From assembly GCA_013239625.1 (NCBI GenBank), contig MU056050.1, positions 7,358,773-7,422,772 of the forward strand: DNA of 64,000 bases, read 5' to 3'. The notes below the pieces were generated by a model, which saw only the letters and a list, made by a program, of their open reading frames with translations, had not been told where the DNA came from and made no database searches. This document shows, piece by piece, positions 38,921 to 51,659 of this stretch (position 1 is the stretch's first letter; each line of letters begins with the position of its first letter). The position numbers and the translations under genes were made by a program. This DNA is from Lama guanicoe (lineage: Eukaryota).

Positions 38921-41329
38921 AGATGGCAAATCCAGGACTTTGACTCTGTGCTTTTAATCCCCATAATCCTTGCCTTCAGCTTGGTGTAGGAAACAAAACA
39001 GTAGACTCCAGAGAAGTCATCTGATTTAGCCCTAGGTCTCACTTTCCTCATGAACATAACTAAGGAAACATTCTCTATGGTTCCTTATGGCTTGGAAATT
39101 CTTTAATTTGCTGTTTCCTTAATGTATCTGATTTTCATGCCCCAAACCCCATTTCAGGCCCTCCATCGCCTTCCTTACATGCTCCCACCTCCATCTAAAT
39201 TGTACTGTTATGATCTGTTTTGACATAAGGCCAAAGTGTGTGTGTGTGATTGTGCACATGTGCAAACGTGTGTGTGAGAGGGAAAAGAGAAAAAGTGAAG
39301 GGGAGAGGGAGATGGAAAGGAAAGATATTGAGTCAATTCCTAGACATCCTTCCCTTCCCATTTCTATCCTTTGAATGGAATGTTAGTTGGTCTCAGAGGT
39401 GTAATTTTCAGATGTTCACAAGGTTAAATTTCTATATGGTAACAGAATTCCTAAAAGTGTTTAAGAATACTCGGAATAGGGGGAAAAGGTAAGGAAAAAG
39501 TTAGGGCCAAGTAGACACAAGTTATCATAAAAAGGGTAAATCCCAGTTTGGAATAAGGCTTACTAAAAGTTAAAAAAGGGGACATCTTCTTTGAAACGAG
39601 ATACAACCTGAACTTCTCTGGTAAAGAGAAGTCGAAGAACTATGGTTACAGAAGGATTTGAAGTTACTGCAAAGCTATGGAAATATGTTAACAAAAATAA
39701 CCAGTACTTAGAATATAGTAATGCACAGACCAATCTTCTACTGGTCCCTAGGGCAGGAACCAGATGGCCTAAGAGACCAATTCTCATCTCTTTATTTCTT
39801 GGACTGATAAGGAAGGATACACTTCCATTCAGTTCTCATAAATAGTGACCACTTTTCTCCTCTGTGGACAAAGTTGATGTACTACCACTTTTGCTTCCAG
39901 ATATTAAACTCGTATTTAATGATATGTGTGCTTGGTAATGTATGCACCCAAAAACTTTCACTGACAAAAATGGTCCTGCATTCATCTATTTGTCTCTCAG
40001 TTGCTGCACACAAATGCAGCAGAGAAGTGGGAATTTAAATGCACAGCAGGCAGCTGATGTATTTCTCCATAAACTAGTCTACATATCATGGCAAAAGTAG
40101 AAGCAAAGAAAACCTCAGATGCATTCTTCCCCATAAAGAGGCAAATGAAGCCAAGGGGCAGAGTAGTAAGGAGGAAAATGAAAGGCTAAAATGAGATTAC
40201 TAGTGCATACCCTTTTAAAAACAAATCAAAGGAACCATTATCCTTGCCAACATTGGAGATGGGTTAAACTCTTTCAGTGCAAAGAAGAAAGAGTGTCCAC
40301 TTTCTATTCTAAATAAAACCAATTGTAATTTCAATGCTGTTAGATGGACGCCATTTCACTTCAGAAGTGGTTACACCACAGTAGTGGATAGAGTTACTAT
40401 GTCATGTAAAAGATTAAGAGGCAAAATAAGAATATTTAAAATAAATAACAACATACAGAAAAAAAGATAAAACTCTAACAACGTGCACTGGGTCTGCTGA
40501 TATTGGATACCATGGAACTTGGGTAAATAAATATGTTTATAGGGCTCCTATACAAATTCCTACTATATCTCACATATAAATATACAAATATAAAATTATA
40601 TTTTGATATATTAATATATGTTAGCCAGAGATGAGGGGGCAGGAAAGTACACGTGAGTTACTGGGCTAATGAAGAAGGAAGAAACCATAGGAGATAAGGC
40701 TGAGAAATCAGGGTCTAACAAAGGGGTCATTTCTTTAAAAACTCCATATGGGTATACAGAGTATAGGTGTGCCCTATTTCAGGGAAACTCATATCCCATC
40801 TACAAATCAGAGAAGTTAGAGGTGGTTATTTGTATTATAGAAGCATTCCATATAGCAATATTTTAAAATGCCATGCTAACATTGAACTTTAAATAAGATT
40901 TGTTTTTTTACAAATATGGAATTTATATATTTAGTTTCTTTGAAACACATTAAAAAAAATAAAGTGAGGTTTCCCTGTACCACCAAGACTTGCTTTTGAT
41001 TTTTCTTTTGTAAATTTGACTATTGTCATACTGATTCTCCTTAAAGCTTAGAACTCCTGTACTGTGGGTGACAAGCAGAGGAAGGAAATTCATACTTCAA
41101 AACCAAAAACCTGAGACTATGTCCAGAGAGACACTATTGCCATTGAGGAATTAGAGTTTCATGACAAAAGTGAATGTGAAAACATTCTTTAAACATTTTA
41201 AGGGCCTGAGGCCAAATTCAGGAAAATGTAATAAATGAGAGGTAAGAAGGTCCCTAAAAACCTCCTGAAAAGGGTGAATTTTATTGTCTCTGTTTGGAAA
41301 GAAGTGTGTTCACATTTGAGTTAAAGATG

Positions 41330-41548
41330 CAAAATTGGTAGATACTGACGGGCATATGCATAATAGATAAACAAGATTATACTGTATAGCACAGGGAAAT
41401 ATATACAAGATCTTGTGGTAGCTCACAGCAAAATACAATTTGGCAATGAATATATGTATGTTCATGTATAACTGAAAAATTGTGCTCTATGCTGGAATTC
41501 GACACAACATTGTAAAATGACAATAACTCAATAAAAAGAAGTTTAAAA
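41330..41548 (+). mobile_element. Very short camelid-type LINE-1 3' UTR insertion
   Basis: Homologous to 57717-57930; TSD aaagatg at 41323-41329 and 41549-41555; EN site TT/AAAG. Confidence 0.92.
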
Positions 41549-42321
41549 AAAGATGAATCTCTGTGGAGAGTTCAGAGTGAGGTAAGCACTGAGGTCTAGT
41601 TTAACAGAGGATTTTTTTTTACACTATATCTAACTATTTTTCTGACATACGTAAGATCTATGAATAAATACATATAAATAGGATTGTTTTGAGAACTCCT
41701 AAGTCTTTTCTTCATTGTCTATGTATATTAAATATAAGCACAATTTCCGGTTGTGTGTGCAGCTGGTGGCTTCTATCTGAATATAGTGTTTTTAAAAATG
41801 TCCCAAGTTTGTAAAAATATATTATTCTACTGCATAGATAGAGCACTCAAGTATTAATTTCACTTATGATAGATGCTTCCTTGAGTCCAATTATTAAAAA
41901 CAGTTAAGCTGATGCATTAACAGAGTGGTATCTTTTAGGTGACCTCTAAGGAAAAAAGACCAGAAGACAGAAGATCTATAGAAAAATCAGGACTAAAACC
42001 CAGACAGCTGCCTATTCTTCTCTCTAACCTAGACACACATCTTAAAGAATAATCAATTTACATCAAGAGTACAAAAACTGAATTAAGTAATAGAATACAT
42101 TTAAACCAACTGTTGTGCATCTAATACCTTAACTCCTAAGATGAAGGGTCATAGATAATAAAAGTCTGGTTGACTGACTATGATAAATGCAAACCATTGT
42201 CTTACGTTATATAACATTCAAGGATTTTATAGTGCTAAAGATAAAAGTCAGTCTAAGTAAATCTTAGTTCTAGTGTGATTCTTTTTTATGTTTGGAAAAC
42301 CTGATGCTTTTCTGAATTAAT

Positions 42322-42822
42322 CTTCTTTTCTTTCTTTTTTTTGTTTTGCTTTTATTTAAAATTGAAGCATAGTTGATTTACAATGTTGTGTTAGTTTCTG
42401 GAGTTCAGCATAGTGATTCAGTTACACACATATATATTCCTTTTCATATTCTTTTTCATTATAGGTTATTACAAGATACTGAATATAGTTCCCTGTGCTA
42501 TAGAGTGGGGCCTTGTTGTTTATCTATTTTATGTACAGTTTGTATCTGCAAATCCCAAGCTCCCAATTTATCCTTCCCCCACCCTTCCCCACTGGTAACC
42601 ATAAGTTTTTTTTTCTATGTCTGTGAGTCAGTTTCTGTTTTGTAAATAAGTTCATTTGTGTCATTTTTTAAAGATTCCACATATAAGTGATATCGTATGG
42701 TATTTGTCTATTTGTTTCTTACTTATTTCACTTAGTATGATAATCATTAGGTCTATCTATGTTGCTGCAACTGGCATTATTTCACTCTTTTTTATGGCTG
42801 AGTAGTATTCCATTGTATCTAT
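42322..42822 (-). mobile_element. Cetartiodactyl-type LINE-1 3' end
   Basis: T-rich tail then 'tagttgatttacaatgttgtgttagtttctgg..agattccacatataagtgatatc..gagtagtattccattgt'. Confidence 0.9.
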
Positions 42823-42853
42823 GCACTCTACCACTGAGTTTTACTCACCTCTC
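42821..42853 (-). mobile_element. 5' head (A-box region) of a tRNA-derived SINE
   Basis: Minus strand reads gagaggtgagtaaaactcagtggtagagtgcat, compared with ggggagggtatagctcaagtggtagagtgcat at 54395-54426. Confidence 0.65.
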
Positions 42854-43415
42854 AAAAATGAACTCTCAAAAAGATTGAAATATAAACTCTCAATACATAA
42901 GATCAAACTCTATCAGGATAGATACACGGCTCTATAAAAATCCATCCATCTAGAAATGATGGGCAAGGATAGGATATACTAGTCAATCACTATAATCAAG
43001 TCAATGTAAGGCAAAAAAAAAAAAGGGAGGGTGGGTAAAAGAAAACTGTGAAAGTAGCCTTAAATTAAATATTTCAAACATGAACTTGTAAAGTGGAGGT
43101 CCTATTTTTTTTTTCCTAACGAAGACTTAAGTTCTACCCTTGAATTCTAAACTCTTGTTATAATGCTTTTTTCCTATTACTACGGTGCTAAGAAGAAAGA
43201 CGTAATAGCATCCAAAAGCAAGAATAAACTGGAAAAACAAACAACGCCCAATTCTGCCTGACCAAAAAGCCAATCCACTCTCTCCCACTGCACTGGCAAT
43301 AGCAGTACCATCAGTGGCTGGTGGCAGGAGACCCTCCACAAAGCAGTCTTAAAATCTGTGTCAGAGAGGAAACATTCTGACCAAACTGGTCTTAAAGGAT
43401 TTGTCTGCCACATAC

Positions 43416-43507
43416 GAAAAAACTGCAATCCTAAGTAACCTCCCCTTGAGGAAAGTGCAAAATCCTTGCCAGTGATATTGATAATGTGGACTGGAGAAGA
43501 CATCCAT
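43416..43507 (-). other. Candidate 92-nt exon of an unidentified minus-strand transcript
   Basis: Acceptor gttaatttccccttcctttgactcccctgttgcccgcttgctctgtttttcag|ATGGATG and donor TTC|gtatgt, in non-repetitive sequence; the peptide is not recognised. Confidence 0.35.
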
Positions 43508-44209
43508 CTGAAAAACAGAGCAAGCGGGCAACAGGGGAGTCAAAGGAAGGGGAAATTAACTACACCCACAAAACTAAGGAAGGTACTACATCAAGTGCTA
43601 AAAGCACTAATTAAAACAAAACTTGTATATGTTGAGATGCAGTGAGAAGTCAAATGATGGTGCAACAATAATTACATTTTGAAACAATCAAACAAAAAAA
43701 TCCCTAAATAAGCTCTCAAAAGCATTTTTAGTACAAATTGTGTTTTACAGTCATTTATTTTCTTAATCTTGACAATAGACAACTGTAAAGTGTTTCATAA
43801 TTAAACATGTAAGCTAAAAGCATTTAAGTGGTAGCTATGGTCAGAACTTCCAACATATATCCCAATTTCCACACCCAGTCCACCCCAAGGATTGCAGTCA
43901 GTGAGTAAGAGCAAGGAAGCTATTTGAAGGGGTGGGACAAGGGAGACTACAAGAAAAGATTTAAAGGATTAGAGTGGATTAATCTGGAAAGATGAAATAA
44001 TCAATAATGGATAATCAACACCAGTACAACCACTACCATTAAGCAATCACTGTATGACACTCACCTTGCTAAGTGCAAAGATACTGACCTATGTCCAAGG
44101 AGAGATGAAGCATTGTCAAAGTAGATTTTAACATTCGTTCTTCAGTTATGACATTTGTGTGTCAAGAGTGTGTTGGTCATGCAACAGTTGTGAACTCGTT
44201 AACAACAGA

Positions 44210-44357
44210 ATGCCATAGAAAGAAGCTTAGATTGGAAATTAGAAAATTTAGGCTTAAATTCTAAGAGTATTAGTAACTATATGTATGACCTTGAACAAAT
44301 TACCTAACCTTCTTAGGCCTATATAAAAGATCCATAAGACAAAGGTATTGGCTCAAT
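44210..44357 (+). mobile_element. MIR 5' part (3' tail resumes at about 48930-48976)
   Basis: 'tatgaccttgaacaaattacctaaccttc' core; tail 'gactagattatctttaaggtcccttctagatctta'. Confidence 0.65.
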
Positions 44358-44443
44358 CAGTGGTTTTCAGGTTTTTTTTTTGTTTTTTTTTTTTTTGCAG
44401 TCAACTTTCTCTTCAAATAAAATCTTCAAATCTTACAGGAATG

Positions 44444-47400
44444 AAAAAAGGGTAACCACAAGCCAAAAACTTACAAGGGAGTCACAAAAACTAAATAAAA
44501 TCCATGATAATACAAAGGAAAATTACCAAACCACAAAAGGAAGAAGAAAGGAACAAAGAGGATATACCAAATCAACTGCAAAAATAAGTTCAAAATGGCA
44601 ATAAGCACACATCTATCATTAATTACTGTAAATGTTAATGGACTAAATGCTCCAGTCAAAAGACATAGAGTGGCAGACTGGATAATAAAGCAAGAACTTT
44701 CAATATGCTGCATACAAGAGACCCACTTTAGGGAGAAGGACACATATAGATTGAGAGTGAAAGGATGGAAAAGGATATTCCATGCAAATGGAAAAGCAAA
44801 AAAAGCAGGTGTAGCAGTACTGATCTCAGACAAAATAGACTTTAAAATATAGGCCATAAAGAAAGATAAAGAAGGACATTTTATAATGATTAAAAGAGTC
44901 ATACAAGATGAGGATATTACACTTGTTAATATATATGCACCCATTATAGGAGCACCTAAGTACATAGAACAACTACTAACAGAGATAAAGGGGGATACTG
45001 ATGGGAATACAATCATAGTGGGAGATTTTAACACTGCATTAACATCACTAGACAGATCTTCCAGACAGAAAATAAATAAGGCAACAGAGAAATTAAATAA
45101 CACAATAGAAAAATTAGATTTGGTGGATATTTTCAGAGCATTAGACCCCCCAAAAATAGGATATACATTCTCTTCAAGTGCACATGGAACATTTTCTAAG
45201 ATTAATCATGTACTTTGGCACAAAAGAAACCTCAACAATTTTAAGAAGATGGAAATTATCTCAAGCATCTTTACTAACCACAGTGCCATGAAACTAGAAA
45301 TCAACTACAGAGCAACAAAGGATAAAAAAAGGAAAGCATGGAGATTAAACAACATGCTATTAAAAAACAAGTGGGTCAACAATGAAATCAAAGTTGAAAT
45401 TAAAAAATACCTTGAAAAAAAATACCTTGAAACAAGTGAAAATGAAAACACAACCACACAAAATTTATGGGACGCAGCAAAGGCAGTGCTAAGAGGGAAG
45501 TTTATAGTGATACAGGCCTTCCTCTAAAAAGAACAATCTCAAATAAACAATCTAACCCACCAGCTAAAAGAATTAGAAAAAGACGAGCAATAAACACCAA
45601 AAGGCAGAAGAAGGAAGGAAATAATAAAGATCAGGGAGGAAATAAACAAAATAGAGATTTAAAAAGACCATAGAAAAAATCAATCAACCCAAAAGCTGGT
45701 TTTTTGAAAACGTAAATAAAATCGACAAACCTCTGGCCAAACTCACAAAGAAGAAAAAAGAGAGAGCACAAATAAGCAAAATAAGAAAGGAAAATGGAGA
45801 AATTACAACAAATAACATTGAAATACAGAATATGATATGAGAATATTATGAAAAACTATATGGAACCAAAATGGATAACCTAGAGGAGATGGACACGTTT
45901 CTGGAAACATACAGTCCACCAAGACTGAACCAAGAAGAAGCTGACCAATTGAACAAACCGATCACTAGAAATGAAATCGAATTAGCAATAAAAAACCTCC
46001 CTACAAATAAAAGTCCAGGACCAGACAGCTTCACCGGGGAATTCTACCAAACATACAAAGAAGTACTTGTACCAGTCCTTCTCAAACTCTTCCAGAAGAT
46101 TGAAAAGAAGGGAATACTCCCAAACTCATTCTATGAAGGCACCATCACCCTGATACCAAAACCAGGCAAAGACACTACAAAAAAAGAGAATTATAGGGCA
46201 ATATCACTGATGAACATAGATGCAAAAATCCTCACCAAAATATTAGCAAATAGAATCCAATAACAAATAAAAAATATTATACATCATGACCAAGTGTGGT
46301 TCATCCCAGGGACACAAGGGTGGTTCAACACATGCAAATCAATCAATGTAATACATCACATCAACAAGAGAAAGGACAAAAACCACATGATAATCTCAAT
46401 CGATGCAGAAAAAGCATTTGATAAAATTCAACACCCATTTATGATAAAAACTCTCGCCAAAGTGGGTATAGAGGGAACATATCTCAACATAATAAAAGCT
46501 ATATATGACAAACCTACAGCCAGCATAGTATTCAATGGTGAAAAACTCAAAAGCTTCCCACTAAAATCTGGGACAAGACAAGGATGCCCACTATCACCAC
46601 TCCTATTCAACACAGTCTTGGAAGTCCTAGCCATAGCAATCAGGCAAGAGAGAAAAATAAAAGGGATCCAAATTGGAAAAGAAGAGGTAAAAGTGTCACT
46701 ATATGCCAATGACATGTTACTATATATAGAAAACCCTAAAATGTCCTCACAAAAACTACTAGAGCTGATTGAAGAATTCAGCAAGGTAGCAGGTTACAAG
46801 ATTAACATTCAAAAATCAGTTGCATTTCTTTACACTAACGATGAGTCAATAGAAAAAGAAAATAAAGAAACAATCCTCTTTAAAATAGCACCCAAAGTAA
46901 TAAAATACCTAGGAATAAATCTAACCAAGGAGGTGAAAGAATTATACAATAAAAACTATAAACCACTAAGGAAGGAAATTAAAGAAAACTTTAAAAAATG
47001 GAAAGATATCCCATGCTCTTGGATTGGAAGAATCAGTATTGTTAAATGGTCACACTGCCCAAGGCAATCTACAGATTTAATGCAATCCCTATCAAATTAC
47101 CCAGGACATATTTCACAGAACTAGAACAAATCATAATAAAATTTATATGGAACCATCAAAGACCTAAAATTGCCAAAGCATTACTGAAGAAAAAGAAAGA
47201 GGCTGGAGGAATAACTCTCCCAGACTTCAGACAATACTATAGATCTACAGTAATCAAAACAGCATGGTATTGGTAGAAAAACAGACATACAGACCAATGG
47301 AACAGAATAGAGACCCCAGAAATGAACCCACAAACTTTTGGTCAACTAATCTTCGAGAAAGGAGGCAAGAATATACAATGGAATAAAGACAGTCTCTTCA

Positions 47401-48765
47401 GCAAATGGTGTTGGGAAAACTGGACAGCAGCATGTAAAACAATGAAGCTAGAACACTCCCTTACACCATACAAAAAAAATCAACTCAAAATGGATCAAAG
47501 ACTTAAACATAAGACAAGGTACAATAAACCTCCTTGAAGAAAAAATAGGCAAAACATTATCTGACATACATCTCAAAAATGTTCTCCTAGAATAGTGTAG
47601 AAATATAAGCAAGAATAAACAAATATAAGCAAGAATAAACAAATGGGACCTAATTAAACTTACAAGCTTCTGCACAGCAAAGGAAACCATAAATAAAACA
47701 AAAAGACAACCTACAGAATGGGAGAAAACTTTTGCAGATGAAACCCACAAAGGCTTGATCTCCAGAATATATAAGCAGTTCATACGACTTAATAAGGAAA
47801 ACACAAATAACCCAATCCAAATATGGACAGAAGACCTAAACAAGCAATTCTCCAAGGAAGACATACAAATGATCAATAGGCACATGAAAACAGGCTCAAC
47901 ATCACTAATTATCAGAGAAATGCAAATCAAAACTACAGTGAGGTATCAGCTCACACCAGTCAGAATGGCCATCATTCAAAAATCGACAAATGACAAATGC
48001 TGGAGAGACTGTGGAGAAAAGGGAACCCTCCTACACTGCTGGTGGGAATGCAGTTTGGTGCAGCCACTGTGGAAAACAGTATGGAGATTCCTCAAAAGAC
48101 TAGGAATAGACTTACCATGTGACCCAGTAATCTCACTCCTGGGCATATATCCAGAAGGAACCCTACTCCAAAATGACACCTGCACCCCAATGTTCACAGC
48201 AGCACTATTTACAATAGCCAAGACATGGAAACAGCCTAAATGTCCATCAACAGATGATTGGATAAAGAAGAGGTGGTATATTTATACAATGGAATACTAC
48301 TCAGCCATAAAAACCAACAACATAATGCCATTTGCAGCAAGATGGATGTCCCTGGAGACTGTCATTCTAAGTGAAGTAAGCCAGAAAGAGAAAGAAAAAT
48401 ACCATATGAGATCGCTCATATGTGGAATCTTAACAAACAAACAAACAAACGAAACCTAAATACAAAACAGAAACAGACTCATAGACATAGAATACAAACT
48501 TGTGGTTGCCAAGGGGGCAGGGGGTGAGAAGGGATAGACTAGGATTTCAAAATGTAGAATAGACAAACAAGATTATAGTGTATAGCACAGGGAAATATAT
48601 ACAAGATATTATGGTAGCTCACAGAGAAAAAATTGTGACAATGAATATATATATGTTCATGTATAACTGAAAAATTGTGCTCTACACTGGAATTTGACAC
48701 AACATTGTAAAATGATTATAAATCAATAAAAATGTTAAAAAATAAATAAAATTAAGTGAGGAAAA
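44444..48765 (+). mobile_element. Young camelid-type LINE-1, 4.3 kb, 5'-truncated just upstream of ORF2 (no ORF1 or promoter)
   Basis: Full ORF2 extent, 3' UTR and A-tail; 16-bp TSD aaatc[t/g]tacaggaatg at 44428-44443 and 48766-48781. Confidence 0.97.
44595..48433 (+). pseudogene. Disabled L1 ORF2 (APE endonuclease, reverse transcriptase, Cys-rich C-terminus)
   Basis: Motifs [61 protein letters not shown] (for YADD), [25 protein letters not shown]; premature stops (44850, 46261 and others) and frameshifts. Confidence 0.97.
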
Positions 48766-49189
48766 AAATCGTACAGGAATGCTTTGCATATGAAAGGGTT
48801 GAAAGTGCAAATCTTATGCTTGCAGCACAATGAAGGTCATAACAGTTCCACCATCCCTCTGCTGAACCTCTCTCATTTCCTGAGTTCAGCCCTAAAAGGT
48901 ATCTATACAGATACCTGTTGAAATCTATGGACTAGATTATCTTTAAGGTCCCTTCTAGATCTTACATCCTATGACTAACTCTGAAACTTTCTTCACCTAT
49001 ATCTTCAAAAATCTTTATTCAGTTTAGTCCAACAAGTATTTGTTGAATGACCAGCATCATAGAAAACACAAGCTAGGATTTCCACCTTGGAGGAGCTCAC
49101 CATCTTGTTGAGGAAAACAAATAAATAAAATGAGGATGCATTTCAGAGGAAAGAGGGTTTTAAGGAGCAGGACATCACCAAGGGCCCAC

Positions 49190-49315
49190 TGGAATAGAAG
49201 ATTCACTTCTTTATCTTTTTTGTGGCCATATCATTAATGCCTGGTTTAGCAGGTACTGAATAAATATTGAATAAATTAATTGAATGGATGGGTGAATGGA
49301 TGGATGGATGGATAA
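49190..49315 (+). mobile_element. L2 3' end with (GGAT)n tail
   Basis: 'tgcctggtttagcaggtactgaataaatattgaat..gaatggatggatggatgg'. Confidence 0.65.
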
Positions 49316-51062
49316 GGGTATTAATCTTACTCATGTTCACTGAAATTCAGCCAACGGTTCTGTGGAGTTAAAAGTATTTTCCATACGTTGGAGGGTTTTT
49401 TTCTTATAAGCACAGTGTTACAAGAAAAGCAAACAAATTTCTTAATTATTCATTCTACTATCCACTACCTATAATTAGTTATAAATGGTGACATTTTATT
49501 AGAACAAAAACAAAGGAAAATATACCCCATTATGTTAGCTCCCCAATTTGAGTCAGCAGAAGAAATAAAGGCAAAATTCTCCCCAACCATTTGAAATATA
49601 ATTTTGTGGGAGAAAATCATTAGACTAAATGTTGCTTTGGCAGGAAATCTTTCTTTCAACAAACCTATTTTTATGGAGGATGTTCACATGCTACAAGTAA
49701 GCAAGCCACCAAAGCAGGTAAATCAAGATAGAAACGAAGGCCATTTTGTCTCCCTTCTCCTTCTCATCTCCATTACTAGTGGGAAGAAGGCAGAGAGGTC
49801 AAGAAGAAGGCAGCTGCTTTTCTTTTTCTTCCCAAGCTTAAATTCTGTCCCATAAGATTTGCTTTGTCTTTTTGGACTCAAAGTCAGCCAGCAAGTACTT
49901 AAGCAAAATTAAGACAACAGCACCAATGGCAGAGAATTTGATGGAAAGCTTGTTGGAGACAGTTCATTTGAGTAAAAGCTTTCCTTATCAAGGAACAATA
50001 TAATTTCTGGAGGAAATCTTTCTGGAAAGGGCCAGGTAGCTCTGTAGTTTTACAGCACAGGTGATATCAGTTATCCAGGACAAGTGTTGTATGTAACTAA
50101 TGTTCTCAAACCTGAATTGTGTTTCCCTAGAAGGCAACTACATTTGAAAGGACATTAAGGTGAATTTAAATTTCATTTTTTTGTTTTAGGATAGCCCTAA
50201 TATTTTATTATAGTATATTATATACTACTCCTATTCTGAGTATGTCTTATGAATGGGACATATTTTTATAAACATCCTGGGAGGATGTAAAACAGTTTAT
50301 TTTCAATCTATAGTACCTGACACCTGAGTTGCTTAGAAAGATAACAAACTAATAGATGAAATGAGAAATATCTCATCTCATCCTTTTGCAGTCTTCCTCC
50401 AGGGTACAATGATATCTTAGGGAAAAGGTTGTATCTCTTCCTTTGATATGACAAGCAAAGATATCCCAGTGTATGTGGGGCTCCACAGGTAGCTGCAACA
50501 AAAGTCATATGGTGAATAGAAATAATGACAGGGTTCTGACAGCACAGAACAGATGACATCACTGGTTTCTTCTATTCATTTTAACTACTTGCCTGTAAAC
50601 ACTGGATTAAATTCAAGGTCTTGAGCTTCATTTGGAAGACCTGCATTTGGAATGAATACAGCTACTCCACGGACCACATGAGTTTTAATGCACCTGGGGC
50701 AGCTGGCCGAACTGTCACTTGCTTCCATCATCTAAGCAAAATGTGGAAATCTCTGGTCAGGAGTCTTCAACTTTGCCATTTCCCATCAGAGGGCTACAAC
50801 TGTCATATATTTTACAAGAATTTTCTCCTATGCTAAAGTGTTTTCATAGAACAAGAAATGTCGCTTAGATGAGAAGAAAAAAGAACCAAAAACGAGAAAA
50901 AAAATTATTTTTCCCCTCACACATTTTAATCTAAGTTTGGTCTTTATATGTCTAATCTGGAGGTTACTATCTATAGTACCATATAAGTTAATTTGAATTC
51001 TTTAGACTAGGTGCCCAGAATTTTCCACTTTCTTCTCTCTCTTTCACCCAAATCACATGGGA

Positions 51063-51345
51063 AATATTTATTCATTCAATCAGTTAAAATATTTGTTTAA
51101 AGCCTGCTATATGCCAGGGACTTTTCTAAGCATTGGGGATACAATATTGAATAAAACACAGCTCTTGTCTTAATGAAGTAATTATATATGGGGATAGAGA
51201 CAATGAACAAACACAAAGATATAAAATATCAGATAGTGATAAATAATATAAAGAAAATAAAGCAGATTAAGTGTGCAGAGAATGGTCATGAAATGCCAAT
51301 TTGAAGAGGTGACATTTGAGCATAGCTTTGAATAACATGAAGATT
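51063..51345 (-). mobile_element. L2 3' portion
   Basis: 'ttcattcaatc..ctatatgccaggga..gagacaatgaacaaac..gaggtgacatttgagc'. Confidence 0.75.
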
Positions 51346-51659
51346 CGTCTTAGTTTTTCTCTTCATTAAAAAATCCAGGCAGTTGCTAAAATTACTTTGT
51401 TCAGAGTTGGAAGTAAGAACAGATATCAGAGTTGATAAATTTGGGACATACCATCAGGATATTCAAAGAAGTCATCATGGTGTTGAAGATCATCCACTGA
51501 AGGTCAACTAAATGAGTCAAGGGATGAAAGAAGGCTGAGAGAGGACATGATTAAAATATACAATTTCAGGGATCATATGAACATTATGAATGAGGGTCTG
51601 TAGGCTGATACACCCAATTTTACCTTACAAATGGTAAATTAGAATAATAAAAAGTATAT

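Larger units (their letters stand above)
44358..48929. mobile_element. hAT-Charlie MER-type MITE split by the L1 (44358-44443 and 48766-48929)
   Basis: Ends 'cagtggttttca' and 'ttgaaatctatg' form a degenerate TIR; internal 'ttcaaataaaatctt'. Confidence 0.55.

Noticed and set aside
44595..48459. Long ORFs with endonuclease and reverse transcriptase motifs as a functional or novel RT system
   Set aside because: They are consecutive fragments of one ordinary L1 ORF2 with stops, frameshifts and a mutated catalytic motif. The antisense ORFs (44471-45103, 47448-47930 etc.) are the usual by-product of L1 composition.
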